The translations under genes were made by a program, and so were the position numbers. Shown here piece by piece: positions 8,209 through 17,978 of a stretch of 32,000 nucleotides of DNA (positions are counted from its first letter, which is position 1; every line of letters begins with the position of its first letter). Location: the NCBI GenBank assembly GCA_048886185.1, contig JBHLKY010000008.1:90001-122000 (forward strand). Direction: 5' to 3'. The notes under the pieces are model-generated. The model was not told where the DNA came from. It saw only the letters and a list, made by a program, of their open reading frames with translations, and searched no databases. This stretch comes from Candidatus Hermodarchaeota archaeon (GTDB lineage Archaea; Asgardarchaeota; Heimdallarchaeia; Hodarchaeales; Hodarchaeaceae).

Positions 8209-10383
8209 CTATATATGATCCTGAGCAATTTTTGCGACAGCTTTCTCAAGTAACCTATTTGCTGCTTTCCAATTCAATCCTGTTTTACTCAATGTTTGAC
8301 CCCATGTCCTTCCTTGTAAAACCCGGGCAATTAACAGCAGTTCTTGACTTGAACTGAGTTTCTTCACGTTTGATGAGACAAAATATTCAATGGACAACTC
8401 GTAAATCACATCTACCGCTAGTAAAAAATTAATTTGCCCTTTTAAGTAATTTTTCAGCCGGTAAACCCCGCTAGAGGTAATAGGAGGTTCGTAATTAGGA
8501 ATAGGATTACAAGTCTTAATAATCTGTAAAACTAATTCTGGTTTCATTGAATATAATGATTGGTTAAGTAAAGCTATGAACTGTAGTAGAAAATCAGCAG
8601 AAGCTTGATTAACAATAGTCTTCGCAGAAGGCGATAACGGACTTATTACTACAATGTTCCACTCACCTGTTTCTGGAGTTTTGATTGGTCGAATATGAAC
8701 AGCTTTAAAGTCAAATTTCTTCCAAAATTTCATTAATTTAACAGTTGCACCGAAACTTACCCCAATCCAGTCATATGTAGAGAATAATTGATTTTGAAGC
8801 TCTATTGCTATCCGTCCAAATCCTTTATCCATTAAACTAGGATGAGTCGCGATTCTCGCAATTCTTAAGCCACGAAGCTTTGCAAGCTCCTTAGAAAAAT
8901 GTCGTATTCCAATTGTCGATATAAGATTCCCCTGAATAAAATCTCCAGATGTTACTCTAAGTATCTCTTGATCAGTCATCTCCCCCTCTTTTGCTAATTG
9001 GTTGGATACGAGTAGTTGTGTGGTGTTTTGAGAGTCCTTTCCATACATTCCTGTTAGAAAGTGTTTTCCAGAGTCTGTTAAAACTAGAAGGTCATTTGGT
9101 TGATTCCGATAATGGGAATAAACCAATAGTCCAAATAACTGCTTAAGCTGTGGTAAGCCTTTTTCTGAAAACAGATACACTGGATCTTCATATACTTGAA
9201 GATTAAAAGATTCTCTATCGAGGAATTGATGATCTATTTTTGACGATTCAAGGTCAATATTCAGAAGAAAAGACTGGTTTAGTAACTCCTCAATTAAATC
9301 ATCTGATAAAAATCTAATCGGTTGAGACAAAGAGAATTCATCATAACGAATCTGCTTTTGTGTCTGTAAGTAATGCAGAAATTTGTATTGAAATCCTCTT
9401 CCAGCTCCCTCGTAACCATGTATTGTTGAAACAAAAATCTTTTTTGATTTAATTTTCACAGTGTCCTTTAAAATATCTACAGGGATTGCAGCCGCTTCAT
9501 CAAGTACAAAAAGATCGGTTTTCAAGTTATTATCTATTTCACTTGGCCATAAATAGTTAATTTTTGCTCTAGAGGTATGAATCCCTGATATTAATCCCTC
9601 CTGTTTAATTATATGAAAACGTATATTTTTAGATAGTAATCCTCGTGATAGAAAATTAAACAATGTTTGAACGTTCATAGGATGGGGAGAAGAGATGATG
9701 ACTTTATATAACTGTTTACCTCTTTCTGAGAGTACTTGCGATAATATTAATCCTATAGAAGCAGATTTTCCTCTTCCTCTATTGGCTAATAAAACAGAGC
9801 AGCTATTAGGGTGTTTTGAGTTAAGAATAATTCTGGTCATACTGTTAATTACATTTTTTTGTTCAGGAGTGACTGCAATGCTGTTAATTTGACTCTTTAG
9901 ATTGATTTTATATGGCATTGGATTAAATTCAGAGATTACTTTAGAGGAGCTTGTATCTTTGGTTCTACACCGAGAGTTCTTCTGAATATTCTCAAGAAAC
10001 CATCCTAATAATACAGATTTCATACGTTTTGCTGATGGTAGTAACATTTCTCCTTGAACAAAGCGATTTTTATTAACCGAGTACACCCATTCAGAATAAG
10101 GTAACCCTAGAATAAAGATAATCCCCCCTCCACGAACTGTTTCCAGTAGAATATTAATTTTATTTGGAATAAATTCTTCTCGGAGATCAATAAGAAGAAA
10201 ATCTACAGTTTGACCTAGTACAGTAAAAACATCATCAAAAGTGATCTTTCTTACATTCTTTAATTTGGGTAAATAGGCTTTTAGGCTTTGAGAAATCACT
10301 GATTGAGACTTTTGATCATCAATTACAAATAATCCGGCAGGATCCATTCTCATTCTTTCTAGACAGTGCTGAAAAAATTCCAA
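8209..10383 (-). CDS. tmcA: tRNA/rRNA cytidine N4-acetyltransferase TmcA/Nat10
   Basis: ETVRGGG (DUF1726 region), ANRGRGKS Walker A, DEAAAIP, STIHGYEGAGRGF, HYRNQPNDL, and GNAT motifs IARIATHP and WIGVSFGAT. Confidence 0.93.
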   Translation of the reverse strand: MEFFQHCLERMRMDPAGLFVIDDQKSQSVISQSLKAYLPKLKNVRKITFDDVFTVLGQTVDFLLIDLREEFIPNKINILLETVRGGGIIFILGLPYSEWVYSVNKNRFVQGEMLLPSAKRMKSVLLGWFLENIQKNSRCRTKDTSSSKVISEFNPMPYKINLKSQINSIAVTPEQKNVINSMTRIILNSKHPNSCSVLLANRGRGKSASIGLILSQVLSERGKQLYKVIISSPHPMNVQTLFNFLSRGLLSKNIRFHIIKQEGLISGIHTSRAKINYLWPSEIDNNLKTDLFVLDEAAAIPVDILKDTVKIKSKKIFVSTIHGYEGAGRGFQYKFLHYLQTQKQIRYDEFSLSQPIRFLSDDLIEELLNQSFLLNIDLESSKIDHQFLDRESFNLQVYEDPVYLFSEKGLPQLKQLFGLLVYSHYRNQPNDLLVLTDSGKHFLTGMYGKDSQNTTQLLVSNQLAKEGEMTDQEILRVTSGDFIQGNLISTIGIRHFSKELAKLRGLRIARIATHPSLMDKGFGRIAIELQNQLFSTYDWIGVSFGATVKLMKFWKKFDFKAVHIRPIKTPETGEWNIVVISPLSPSAKTIVNQASADFLLQFIALLNQSLYSMKPELVLQIIKTCNPIPNYEPPITSSGVYRLKNYLKGQINFLLAVDVIYELSIEYFVSSNVKKLSSSQELLLIARVLQGRTWGQTLSKTGLNWKAANRLLEKAVAKIAQDHI

Positions 10384-10480
10384 AAGGACGGAATTAAGTT
10401 CCTTCTCATCTTGAAAGAGGAAAAGTGTTCTTTGATAGCTCTGAGTATAGGTCTGAGACAGTTTCCATCGACCTTACTTT

Positions 10481-11044
10481 TCATTTCACTTCTATTTTCT
10501 TGACCTTTTGTTTAACTTTCTCGAGAATCTCATTACATACCTGAAGAGCTATTTCATGCTCTTTCTTGATACTCTTAACTTCAGAAATAATTTTCCTTTG
10601 CTCAGAGTGAGATATCCTTGTATCGAGTTGTTTCTTAATTGTATTTAAACGTGGAAAACTACTACAGTTAAAAAGTTCTCCCGACTCAGATGATTCCTTT
10701 CTTGGTTTTCTGATTAATTCAGCAACTTCGGGGAATAGGGTATAGTAAAGCCTTGGTCTTCCCCTCCCTGAGCCTGGACGTATTTTTCCGACAACTAAAT
10801 TGTGTTTCTTTAATACTTCTAAATGTCTAATAATTGATTGAGGGTGATCATCTAGTCTTTTCACTAACTCATTTACAAATCCTTCATTTAGGGCCAATTC
10901 AGCCAGCATTCTTCTGCGTGTTCGATTTGCCAATAAATAAAGAATATCATCTATCTCATCAATAGCTAAAACTTTTTTGTTCTCAATCTGATAAGAGAGG
11001 ATCTTCAGTATCAATTCGATTTCGCTTAAAGGATCTTTACTCAT
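10481..11044 (-). CDS. ArsR-family winged-helix regulator, Phr/HSR1-like heat-shock repressor
   Basis: LANRTRRRML...FVNEL...HLEVLKKHNLV...GRGRPRLYY resembles the recalled Pyrococcus Phr N-terminus. It has a C-terminal helical extension and lies in the hsp20-cdc48 gene run. Confidence 0.72.
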   Translation of the reverse strand: MSKDPLSEIELILKILSYQIENKKVLAIDEIDDILYLLANRTRRRMLAELALNEGFVNELVKRLDDHPQSIIRHLEVLKKHNLVVGKIRPGSGRGRPRLYYTLFPEVAELIRKPRKESSESGELFNCSSFPRLNTIKKQLDTRISHSEQRKIISEVKSIKKEHEIALQVCNEILEKVKQKVKKIEVK

Positions 11045-11057
11045 CTCGACCTACCTC

Positions 11058-11855
11058 TTATACAAAGAATCGTGAATCAAAGTCTCCTTCACTTTTTTCT
11101 GCTTCTATTTCTTTTGAGGATTGCCTATATAATTGTTTAAATTCTCGGGATCTTCTCTCTAATTCGCTAAATTCCCCTTCTATTCCCCATTCTGCTGTTA
11201 AAACCTTTAATAATTCTAAAGAGGAAATGGGGTCGTAATCTGAAAAAGAATCAACCACTATGATTTCTATTGGAATACTTCCTTTATACCCCCAATATGT
11301 CAAGAAAGAACTAGCTATTTGACCCATTAAGGTGAAATTAGCTTTCTCCTTATTTGTTACATTGATTTGAAGATTAGATGAGGTAATTCGATGAACTTGT
11401 GGCCTTTTTTCTATATTTCGATTAAAATTATATGCACCATCCAACAGATAAATTTTTGAGACATTTTGATTCTTATAGAACTTATATAATTCCTCAGCTA
11501 ACCTATAACCAATTATATCTGGTATTGCAAAACTACTTGTAGTTAGAATAAAATTTTGAGAGTTGATTTGTGATTGTAGAATAGTAATTGGAAGCAGGAT
11601 TTCTCCTGATAATAATTGAACCATTTCATTGAAGTAATTAGAGAAGAACCCAGCCAATTTTTCTGTTTTTTGGCTTAATTTTTGAACCTCGTTTGCAATC
11701 ATTCGATCAACGGATCCATAGTACCCCAACATTTCTATTACAACTGTCCTTTGAATAGAATTAGGTTTGAAGTCCTTTATAAATTTGATATTTCGTTCTT
11801 CATCGGCTTTCTCAAGCCAATCTTCGATTTCTCCAGTCAAGTTTCCTAGATGCAC
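11058..11855 (-). CDS. PAC2-family proteasome assembly chaperone-like protein
   Basis: VVIEMLGYYGSVDRMIANEV resembles the PAC2 N-terminal motif. Also KIYLLDG, YSDYD-like DPISSLELLKVL, and an acidic tail ending RFFV. Divergent. Confidence 0.6.
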   Translation of the reverse strand: MHLGNLTGEIEDWLEKADEERNIKFIKDFKPNSIQRTVVIEMLGYYGSVDRMIANEVQKLSQKTEKLAGFFSNYFNEMVQLLSGEILLPITILQSQINSQNFILTTSSFAIPDIIGYRLAEELYKFYKNQNVSKIYLLDGAYNFNRNIEKRPQVHRITSSNLQINVTNKEKANFTLMGQIASSFLTYWGYKGSIPIEIIVVDSFSDYDPISSLELLKVLTAEWGIEGEFSELERRSREFKQLYRQSSKEIEAEKSEGDFDSRFFV

Positions 11856-11897
11856 TGATATTCCTCCAAAAAATTATGTTCAAGTATTATCCTCTAT

Positions 11898-14075
11898 TCA
11901 CAACCTAAAATATTGAAGGGCATCATTCATATTAGATAATTCAATTTTTGGTTTATGACTTTCAATGAATACAGTCCTTTCTGATGGAGATCTTGTATCC
12001 AAAGCCTCTCTATTAGCTTCAAGAAACTGATTTATAGTAAGAAAAGTTGCACGATTAATAACTCCTTTTAAATCAGCTCCACTAAACCCCTCGGTTTTTT
12101 TGGCTATGTCAGAAATAGAAATCTGAGAAGATAATGGTTTATTCTTAAGATGAACTCGTAGGATTTCTTCTCGGGCCTTTTCATCTGGCATTGGTAGTTT
12201 AATGACTCGTTCAAATCTACCAGGCCTTAATAAAGCTGGGTCGAGAATATCTGGACGATTAGAAGCCGCAATAACGATAACATCAATTAATTCCTCCAAT
12301 CCATCCATTTCAGTTAAAAATGTCGTAACAATTCGATCTGTAACCCCAGCGTCAGAAATATTTGCTTTTCGTGAGGGGAGTAAAGCATCAATCTCATCGA
12401 AGAAAATAATGCATGGTGCACTCATTCTAGCTTTCCGAAAAGTTTCTTGAACAGCTCTTTCACTTTCCCCAACCCATTTTGAATGAATTTCAGACCCTTT
12501 TACGTATATAAAATTTCTGGATGATTCACTAGCAATCGCTCTAACTAACAAAGTCTTACCAGTTCCAGGAGGACCTGTTAACAGAATCCCCCGAGGAATT
12601 TCAGCTCCCAAGTAAGTAAAGATTGATGGATATTTGGATGGCCATTCAATGATTTCTTTCAATTCATTTTTTATCTCATCCAAACCTCCAACATCATCCC
12701 ATACCACAGTAGGTATTTCTACAAAAACTTCTCTAAGTGCACTGGGTTTAACTTCTGTTAAGGCGAAATCAAAGTCCTCTGGTAATACTGAGATCTGATT
12801 AATGATATCTAAGGAAATTTCTTCCCCCCAGATAATTTGTGGAAAAACACGTCTAATTGCTCGCATTGCTGCTTCTTTTGTGAGGAAGAGTAAATCCGCT
12901 CCTACAAAACCATGAGTTCGCTTCGCTAAAGCTTCTAAATCAACTCCTTCAGCTAAAGGCATAGATCGTGTATGAATTTCTAAAATGGATAATCTACCAT
13001 TCTGATTAGGAATCCCAATCTCAATTTCACGATCAAAACGTCCAGGACGACGCAATGCTGGATCAATCGCATTGGGGCGGTTTGTAGCACCAATCACAAT
13101 TATCTCACCACGACTTTCTAAGCCATCCATCAAAGCCAGCATTTGCGAAACAATTCTCCTCTCAACCTCTCCTGAATTCTTTTCATCTCGCTTTGGAGCT
13201 ATACTATCGATTTCATCAATAAACAGAATACTAGGTGCCTTTTCTTCAGCTTCTTTGAAAATATCCCGAATTTTTTGCTCACTTTCTCCGTAGAATTTCG
13301 ACATGACCTCTGGGCCTGAAACATCAATGAAATGTGAGTCAGTCTCGCTAGCTACTGCTTTTGCCAACAGGGTTTTGCCAGTCCCAGGAGGCCCATAAAG
13401 AAGAACTCCTTTAGGTGGTTCAACTCCCAAACGCTCAAATAATTCAGGATACCGCATAGGGAGCTCAACCATCTCTCTTAACCTTTGTATTGTGTCGTCC
13501 AATCCTCCTATATCCTCATAGGCGATTTTAGGGATTAGCTTATAATCTATAGCTTCAATATCCGAGACGACAGAAGTTGATGCAATTTCAATCGCTGTGT
13601 TTTGATCTATAAACACAGAATCTTGTTTAGGAGATATTCTTTCAACATTGTACTCAAAAAGTTTACCCATATATTCTAAACGTATTTTATCATCGAGGGA
13701 AAAAGCTCTCCCTTGAAGTTCCCGGTGAAGATATCCTTCTATACCCTTTAAGACATTTCCTGTTGTTGGGGTAAATATGACCTTTTCTGCTGCTGCTGTA
13801 TTAGCTTTTCGGACTGTAACCAATTCATCTAAGCGAACTCCAGCGTTAGATCTTGTTGTTGCATCAATTGATATTACTGGAACCTTTTCTTCATCACTAT
13901 AAGCAGGCCAAGTTATGGCAGTTGTTTTTTTACCTAAAGATCCCTCTATTAGAAGTACATCACCAGATTGTAGGTTTAATAGCCTCATATGTGCCTTTGA
14001 AATTCGAGCTATTCCTCTGCCAACATCACGATAATGTGCTTCCTTTACTCTTAACTGAAGTTCAGTAGACTTCAT
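11898..14075 (-). CDS. cdc48: CDC48/VCP (p97) AAA+ ATPase
   Basis: N-domain DVGRGIARI; D1 [21 protein letters not shown]; D2 [18 protein letters not shown]; linker PSALREV. Confidence 0.97.
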   Translation of the reverse strand: MKSTELQLRVKEAHYRDVGRGIARISKAHMRLLNLQSGDVLLIEGSLGKKTTAITWPAYSDEEKVPVISIDATTRSNAGVRLDELVTVRKANTAAAEKVIFTPTTGNVLKGIEGYLHRELQGRAFSLDDKIRLEYMGKLFEYNVERISPKQDSVFIDQNTAIEIASTSVVSDIEAIDYKLIPKIAYEDIGGLDDTIQRLREMVELPMRYPELFERLGVEPPKGVLLYGPPGTGKTLLAKAVASETDSHFIDVSGPEVMSKFYGESEQKIRDIFKEAEEKAPSILFIDEIDSIAPKRDEKNSGEVERRIVSQMLALMDGLESRGEIIVIGATNRPNAIDPALRRPGRFDREIEIGIPNQNGRLSILEIHTRSMPLAEGVDLEALAKRTHGFVGADLLFLTKEAAMRAIRRVFPQIIWGEEISLDIINQISVLPEDFDFALTEVKPSALREVFVEIPTVVWDDVGGLDEIKNELKEIIEWPSKYPSIFTYLGAEIPRGILLTGPPGTGKTLLVRAIASESSRNFIYVKGSEIHSKWVGESERAVQETFRKARMSAPCIIFFDEIDALLPSRKANISDAGVTDRIVTTFLTEMDGLEELIDVIVIAASNRPDILDPALLRPGRFERVIKLPMPDEKAREEILRVHLKNKPLSSQISISDIAKKTEGFSGADLKGVINRATFLTINQFLEANREALDTRSPSERTVFIESHKPKIELSNMNDALQYFRL

Positions 14076-14111
14076 GAATTGGTCGAATCTCCATCGAGGC
14101 TAATTTTAAAG

Positions 14112-14750
14112 TCAATCAACCTTTACTTTCATTTCAGTTTTATCAAAAGAAGCATTTTTCTTTAATTCGACTTCAAGAACGCCATTCTTAAACTTCGCAG
14201 ATGCGGATTCAGGAAAAACAACACACGGAAGATCGAGCTCTTTGTAATATTTCCGTTTCTTATCACCAGATTCAGCCTGAATCAGTAAACTGTTTTCAGT
14301 TGCAGATAAATCAATATTCTGTTTAGAAACACCTGGAATCTCAGCTATCACCCGAATAACGTCTGTATCATCAATTATATCTACTAATGGCTCTCTTTCT
14401 AGCGATGGTTTAAAACCAGCACCACTACTAACCTTTCGTGGATTATTTCCGAATCTTTCAACATGGGGACGCCCATCAGGACCCGTTGTCATACGAAAAC
14501 CCCAAACAAATCCAGGAAATTTAGAACTATCACTTTCATCCATCAAGTCTCGAACATTGAGGCGCCGAAAAATATCCTCAATAAAATAATCCATTTGATC
14601 CCAAATGTTTTCAAAATTAAATCCGCCAAATTGATTCATAAAATGGCGAAAAAATTCATCAAATGGATTATCACGAGAACGTCGGCGAGGATGACGATCT
14701 TCATCATCATAATTGTCACCAGTGGGATCTGACATAAAATTTAACTCCAT
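14112..14750 (-). CDS. hsp20: Archaeal small heat-shock protein Hsp20
   Basis: GFRMTTGPDGRPHVERFGN, EREPLVD, AEIPGVSK and SAKFKNGVLEV alpha-crystallin motifs. The true start may be the ATG at 14735 (MSDP), which has a GGAG SD. Confidence 0.95.
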   Translation of the reverse strand: MELNFMSDPTGDNYDDEDRHPRRRSRDNPFDEFFRHFMNQFGGFNFENIWDQMDYFIEDIFRRLNVRDLMDESDSSKFPGFVWGFRMTTGPDGRPHVERFGNNPRKVSSGAGFKPSLEREPLVDIIDDTDVIRVIAEIPGVSKQNIDLSATENSLLIQAESGDKKRKYYKELDLPCVVFPESASAKFKNGVLEVELKKNASFDKTEMKVKVD

Positions 14751-14754
14751 TAAA

Positions 14755-14816
14755 TAATTGAATGGTTCAATTAAAGGAAATTAATTAAAATCACATAAAG
14801 CTTTCGCTTCATGTGA
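14755..14816 (-). promoter_or_regulatory. Putative hsp20-operon promoter (BRE/TATA-like CGAAAGCTTTATG) with two inverted repeats
   Basis: Perfect TAATTGAA-TGG-TTCAATTA at 14755..14773 near the predicted transcription start. Near-perfect TCACAT-A-AAGC-TTTC-GCTT-C-ATGTGA at 14791..14816 spans the BRE/TATA. Confidence 0.55.
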
Positions 14817-15410
14817 ATAAAAACGAATGGTTTTTTTTCTGCGATTGAAAACGAAAATTTCATCCTAATAACACTTACGTAAATAAAGAAATCCATAAAA
14901 CTTAAATTCATGAGTTATGAAATTAAATAATACTAATTTTTAAGGCATTTATAGGTTAATTTTCTTAAAAAAGCATAAAAAACAGATTAAATAGGAGGAT
15001 ATTTTTCATACAGATTCTTTTAATGTGGCTTGGTTCTTGAAACTAGTTGCTTGACACCATGATCACATTCTCAAACTACTACGTTAAAATTTTGACCTTT
15101 TGTAAACCACATAGATATATCAATTAGATATAAGGATTAAAAATCTTTTATTTCTATAAGCCACGAAGAATCTTCAAAAAAGCTTCGATTACATAATTAT
15201 ATAATGATAGCAAATCATAATATTACATACAATTACTTGGAGTACATGCCTTCAAAAAGGGAAATATGAAAAATCCTCTGAAGTCAGTATCCTATTGAGC
15301 GTTTTATAAGAATTATCAACCATGCTGAGAGTAGAAGAATCTAATAGTTGGTAGAGTGATTTATAAATATTTACATCAAGAATATAAGGAAAAATTATGG
15401 AGACACCCTT

Positions 15411-16175
15411 ATGAGTATACATAAAAGTGCTGAAGAAATTCGAAAAGTGGAGCTCAGTCTAGAAGAATTAATAAACAAATTTCAAGGCCGAGTCCAGTTA
15501 ATACGAGAAGATCTACGATCTCTTGTCACTGATATAGAATCTCTTCGAAAATATATTGATGAAAGACGACGCATGTCTAATGATTATACCAGGGAAATAA
15601 GCGATCTCACAAACGATCTCCAGACATTTCATAACGAAATCAGTCAAATCGAAAATGAAATATCCTCAATCCAAAATAATATTGATACAATTAATATCCA
15701 AGTATCTCAAAAACAATCTGATTTTTTGGCAGATAAAAATAAATTTGGAATACTGGACTCTGAAAAAACAAATCTTATGACCACGCTTCACTCATTAGAT
15801 GTGGAGCTTTCCTCTTTAGAAAATACTCGTGATGAATTAAAACCTAAGTTTGAAACCCGTATGAAAGCTATTACCAAAGAATATGACCGATTGAAAAAAG
15901 AGAAAGATTTTCTTGGTAATCGATTTCAAGCAATTCGAATCCTCTGTTCCAAAGATTACATCCAAAGTCCTGAGGTTGGATTGGTAAAATTCTTGGCCAA
16001 AAAGCCGAGTCCGAATTCTACTTTAACAGAGATTCGTTCCGCATTAGGTATGGATCTGGATACATTGAATTCGGTCTTAAATGGATTAGCAGAACGAAAT
16101 GTCCTAGACTTCAATAAATCAGCAGGAAATGTCACCCTCCTAACCAAAATTGATTTATTTGAAAAGGAGGTTTAA
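15411..16175 (+). CDS. Long coiled-coil protein with C-terminal winged-helix domain (paralog A)
   Basis: About 175 aa of heptad-rich E/K/L/I/Q sequence, then SPEVGLVKFL...TLTEIRSALGMDLDTLNSVLNGLAERNVL followed by a beta-hairpin. Confidence 0.7.
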   Translation: MSIHKSAEEIRKVELSLEELINKFQGRVQLIREDLRSLVTDIESLRKYIDERRRMSNDYTREISDLTNDLQTFHNEISQIENEISSIQNNIDTINIQVSQKQSDFLADKNKFGILDSEKTNLMTTLHSLDVELSSLENTRDELKPKFETRMKAITKEYDRLKKEKDFLGNRFQAIRILCSKDYIQSPEVGLVKFLAKKPSPNSTLTEIRSALGMDLDTLNSVLNGLAERNVLDFNKSAGNVTLLTKIDLFEKEV

Positions 16176-16177
16176 TC

Positions 16178-16912
16178 ATGGACACAGATACTTTAAGAGA
16201 AAAATTCATTAGAAGCGAAGAAGCTCTAAATCGCTTAGCAGATGATACAAAGCAATTAGTCTTCTCTCGTGTTCAGGATCTACGAGGATCTAAAGATTAT
16301 CTTGATACTCTTATCAAAGAAAAGGAAGCGGTTGATACCCAGATTACAGAACAAGAAGCTAAAATATCGTCTCTTCAGGATGAAATTAACAACCAAGCTA
16401 ACCTAAAGGACGAACTGGTTAAAAAACAAGCAAATGTAGCAAATGAATTCCAAACAAAAAAAAGTCGCTTGGAGGAAATTCAAGGGGAGAAAAACAAAAT
16501 TGCTGAAACACTTCAAATGACAAATGAGGAAATTAACAGGTTGAAATCTGAAATCTCTCAAAAAAGAGAAAAAATCGCAATCCTCACAAAGAATATTCAA
16601 GAACTTGAAATTAAGTTAAGAACTGAGATTGAGACTAAAGAAGCTGAAAAATCAGTATTAAGGAGAGAACTCGAAACTCTGAAAGCAAATAATGCAGTAA
16701 TTTCATTTTTGCTTGAGGAATCGGCAGAAGATATTCCTGAAGTAGATATTCTTGCAGCAGTTATGAAATTAGGTAAAACATCAAAAGAAGGCTTAAAAGA
16801 AACCCTTGAAGGCCAAATATCTCCAGTAATAATTACTCGCACTCTTGGTCGCATGGCAGAAAAAAATTTGCTAATTTATGACGAATCTAATGATAGAATT
16901 TCTATCCGATAA
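16178..16912 (+). CDS. Long coiled-coil protein with C-terminal winged-helix domain (paralog B)
   Basis: Same architecture: IPEVDILAAV...KEGLKETL...IITRTLGRMAEKNLLIYD. 2-nt gap after paralog A, with an AGGAGG SD. Confidence 0.7.
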   Translation: MDTDTLREKFIRSEEALNRLADDTKQLVFSRVQDLRGSKDYLDTLIKEKEAVDTQITEQEAKISSLQDEINNQANLKDELVKKQANVANEFQTKKSRLEEIQGEKNKIAETLQMTNEEINRLKSEISQKREKIAILTKNIQELEIKLRTEIETKEAEKSVLRRELETLKANNAVISFLLEESAEDIPEVDILAAVMKLGKTSKEGLKETLEGQISPVIITRTLGRMAEKNLLIYDESNDRISIR

Positions 16913-16936
16913 AGAGTTCAAGGTGATATATTCCAT

Positions 16937-17965
16937 TTGGCAGTATTAACACAAGAGAACGAATGGATATTTTATAGAACCCTAAGGTCAGGAAAGGTGC
17001 AATGTCTGGCTTGCCCCAGACATTGTCAACTTACAGATAATGAAGTAGGCTGGTGTGGAGCTAGGATTTGCAGAGAAGGGATAATAGCTCCACGTACGTA
17101 TGGTCTAATTTCATCAAAAGCAATAGATCCCATTGAAAAGAAACCACTCTATCATTTTTTACCAGGAACTGGAATTTTATCAATTGGATCTCATGGATGT
17201 AACATGGGTTGTCTCCATTGCCAGAATCACACAATTTCAACGAGCCGCGATATCTCTTATCTAAGAAAAATGATGCCAGAGGAGTTGGTACAAGAAGCTC
17301 TCAGAAAGAATCTTCCATCCATAGCATCAACTTACAATGAACCAATGATCGCTTTTGAGTATGTGCGGGATATCGCAGAAATCGCCCATAAACACAATTT
17401 GAAGATGATAGTCGTTGATAATGGATACATTACCAAGAGATTAGCTGAGAAACTAGGTCCTTTAATCGACGCAGCAAATATTGATGTAAAGGGATTCTCA
17501 TCAGAATTTTATAGAGAAATTTGTAGTTCACCATCATGGAAACCGGTATTAAGAACTTGTGAAATTTTCCATAAGTTGGGAGTCCATTTAGAGATTACTA
17601 ACCTAATAATTCCAACGAAGAATGACTCTATGGATATGATCAGAGAAATGTGTGAATGGATCTTAGATAGCTTAGATCCCAATGTCCCGTTACACTTTTC
17701 ACGATTTCATCCTGATCACAAGCTTTTAAACTTACCATTTACACCTCTTAACACATTAGAAGCTGCATATGATGTTGCAAAAGAAGTTGGATTGAATTAT
17801 GTCTATTTAGGAAATGTACAGACTCATAAAGGCAATGATACTTATTGTCACCAGTGTGGTAATCTCATAATTCAAAGAACAGGATTTTACAGAGTAAGAA
17901 TTCGAGAAATATTAAATGGGCAATGCAAAAAATGTCAGGCTCCCATTCCGGGCGTTTTCTCCTAA
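16937..17965 (+). CDS. amrS: AmmeMemoRadiSam system radical SAM enzyme
   Basis: CLACPRHC N-terminal cluster, DPIEKKPLYHFLPG, radical SAM GCNMGCLHCQN, TYNEP, SRFHP, YVYLGNV and a C-terminal CHQCG...CKKC. TTG start. Confidence 0.92.
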   Translation: MAVLTQENEWIFYRTLRSGKVQCLACPRHCQLTDNEVGWCGARICREGIIAPRTYGLISSKAIDPIEKKPLYHFLPGTGILSIGSHGCNMGCLHCQNHTISTSRDISYLRKMMPEELVQEALRKNLPSIASTYNEPMIAFEYVRDIAEIAHKHNLKMIVVDNGYITKRLAEKLGPLIDAANIDVKGFSSEFYREICSSPSWKPVLRTCEIFHKLGVHLEITNLIIPTKNDSMDMIREMCEWILDSLDPNVPLHFSRFHPDHKLLNLPFTPLNTLEAAYDVAKEVGLNYVYLGNVQTHKGNDTYCHQCGNLIIQRTGFYRVRIREILNGQCKKCQAPIPGVFS

Positions 17966-17978
17966 AATAACATAAAAA

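Noticed and set aside
14817-15410. About 600-bp AT-rich gap as a possible replication origin or ncRNA
   Set aside because: No ORB-like G-string repeats, no adjacent cdc6/orc1, and no GC-rich structured segment or C/D box pair seen.
15411-16912. Calling the coiled-coil pair SMC/Rad50 or ESCRT subunits
   Set aside because: No Walker motifs, hinge or zinc hook, and no recognisable ESCRT-III, steadiness-box or tandem-wH layout.
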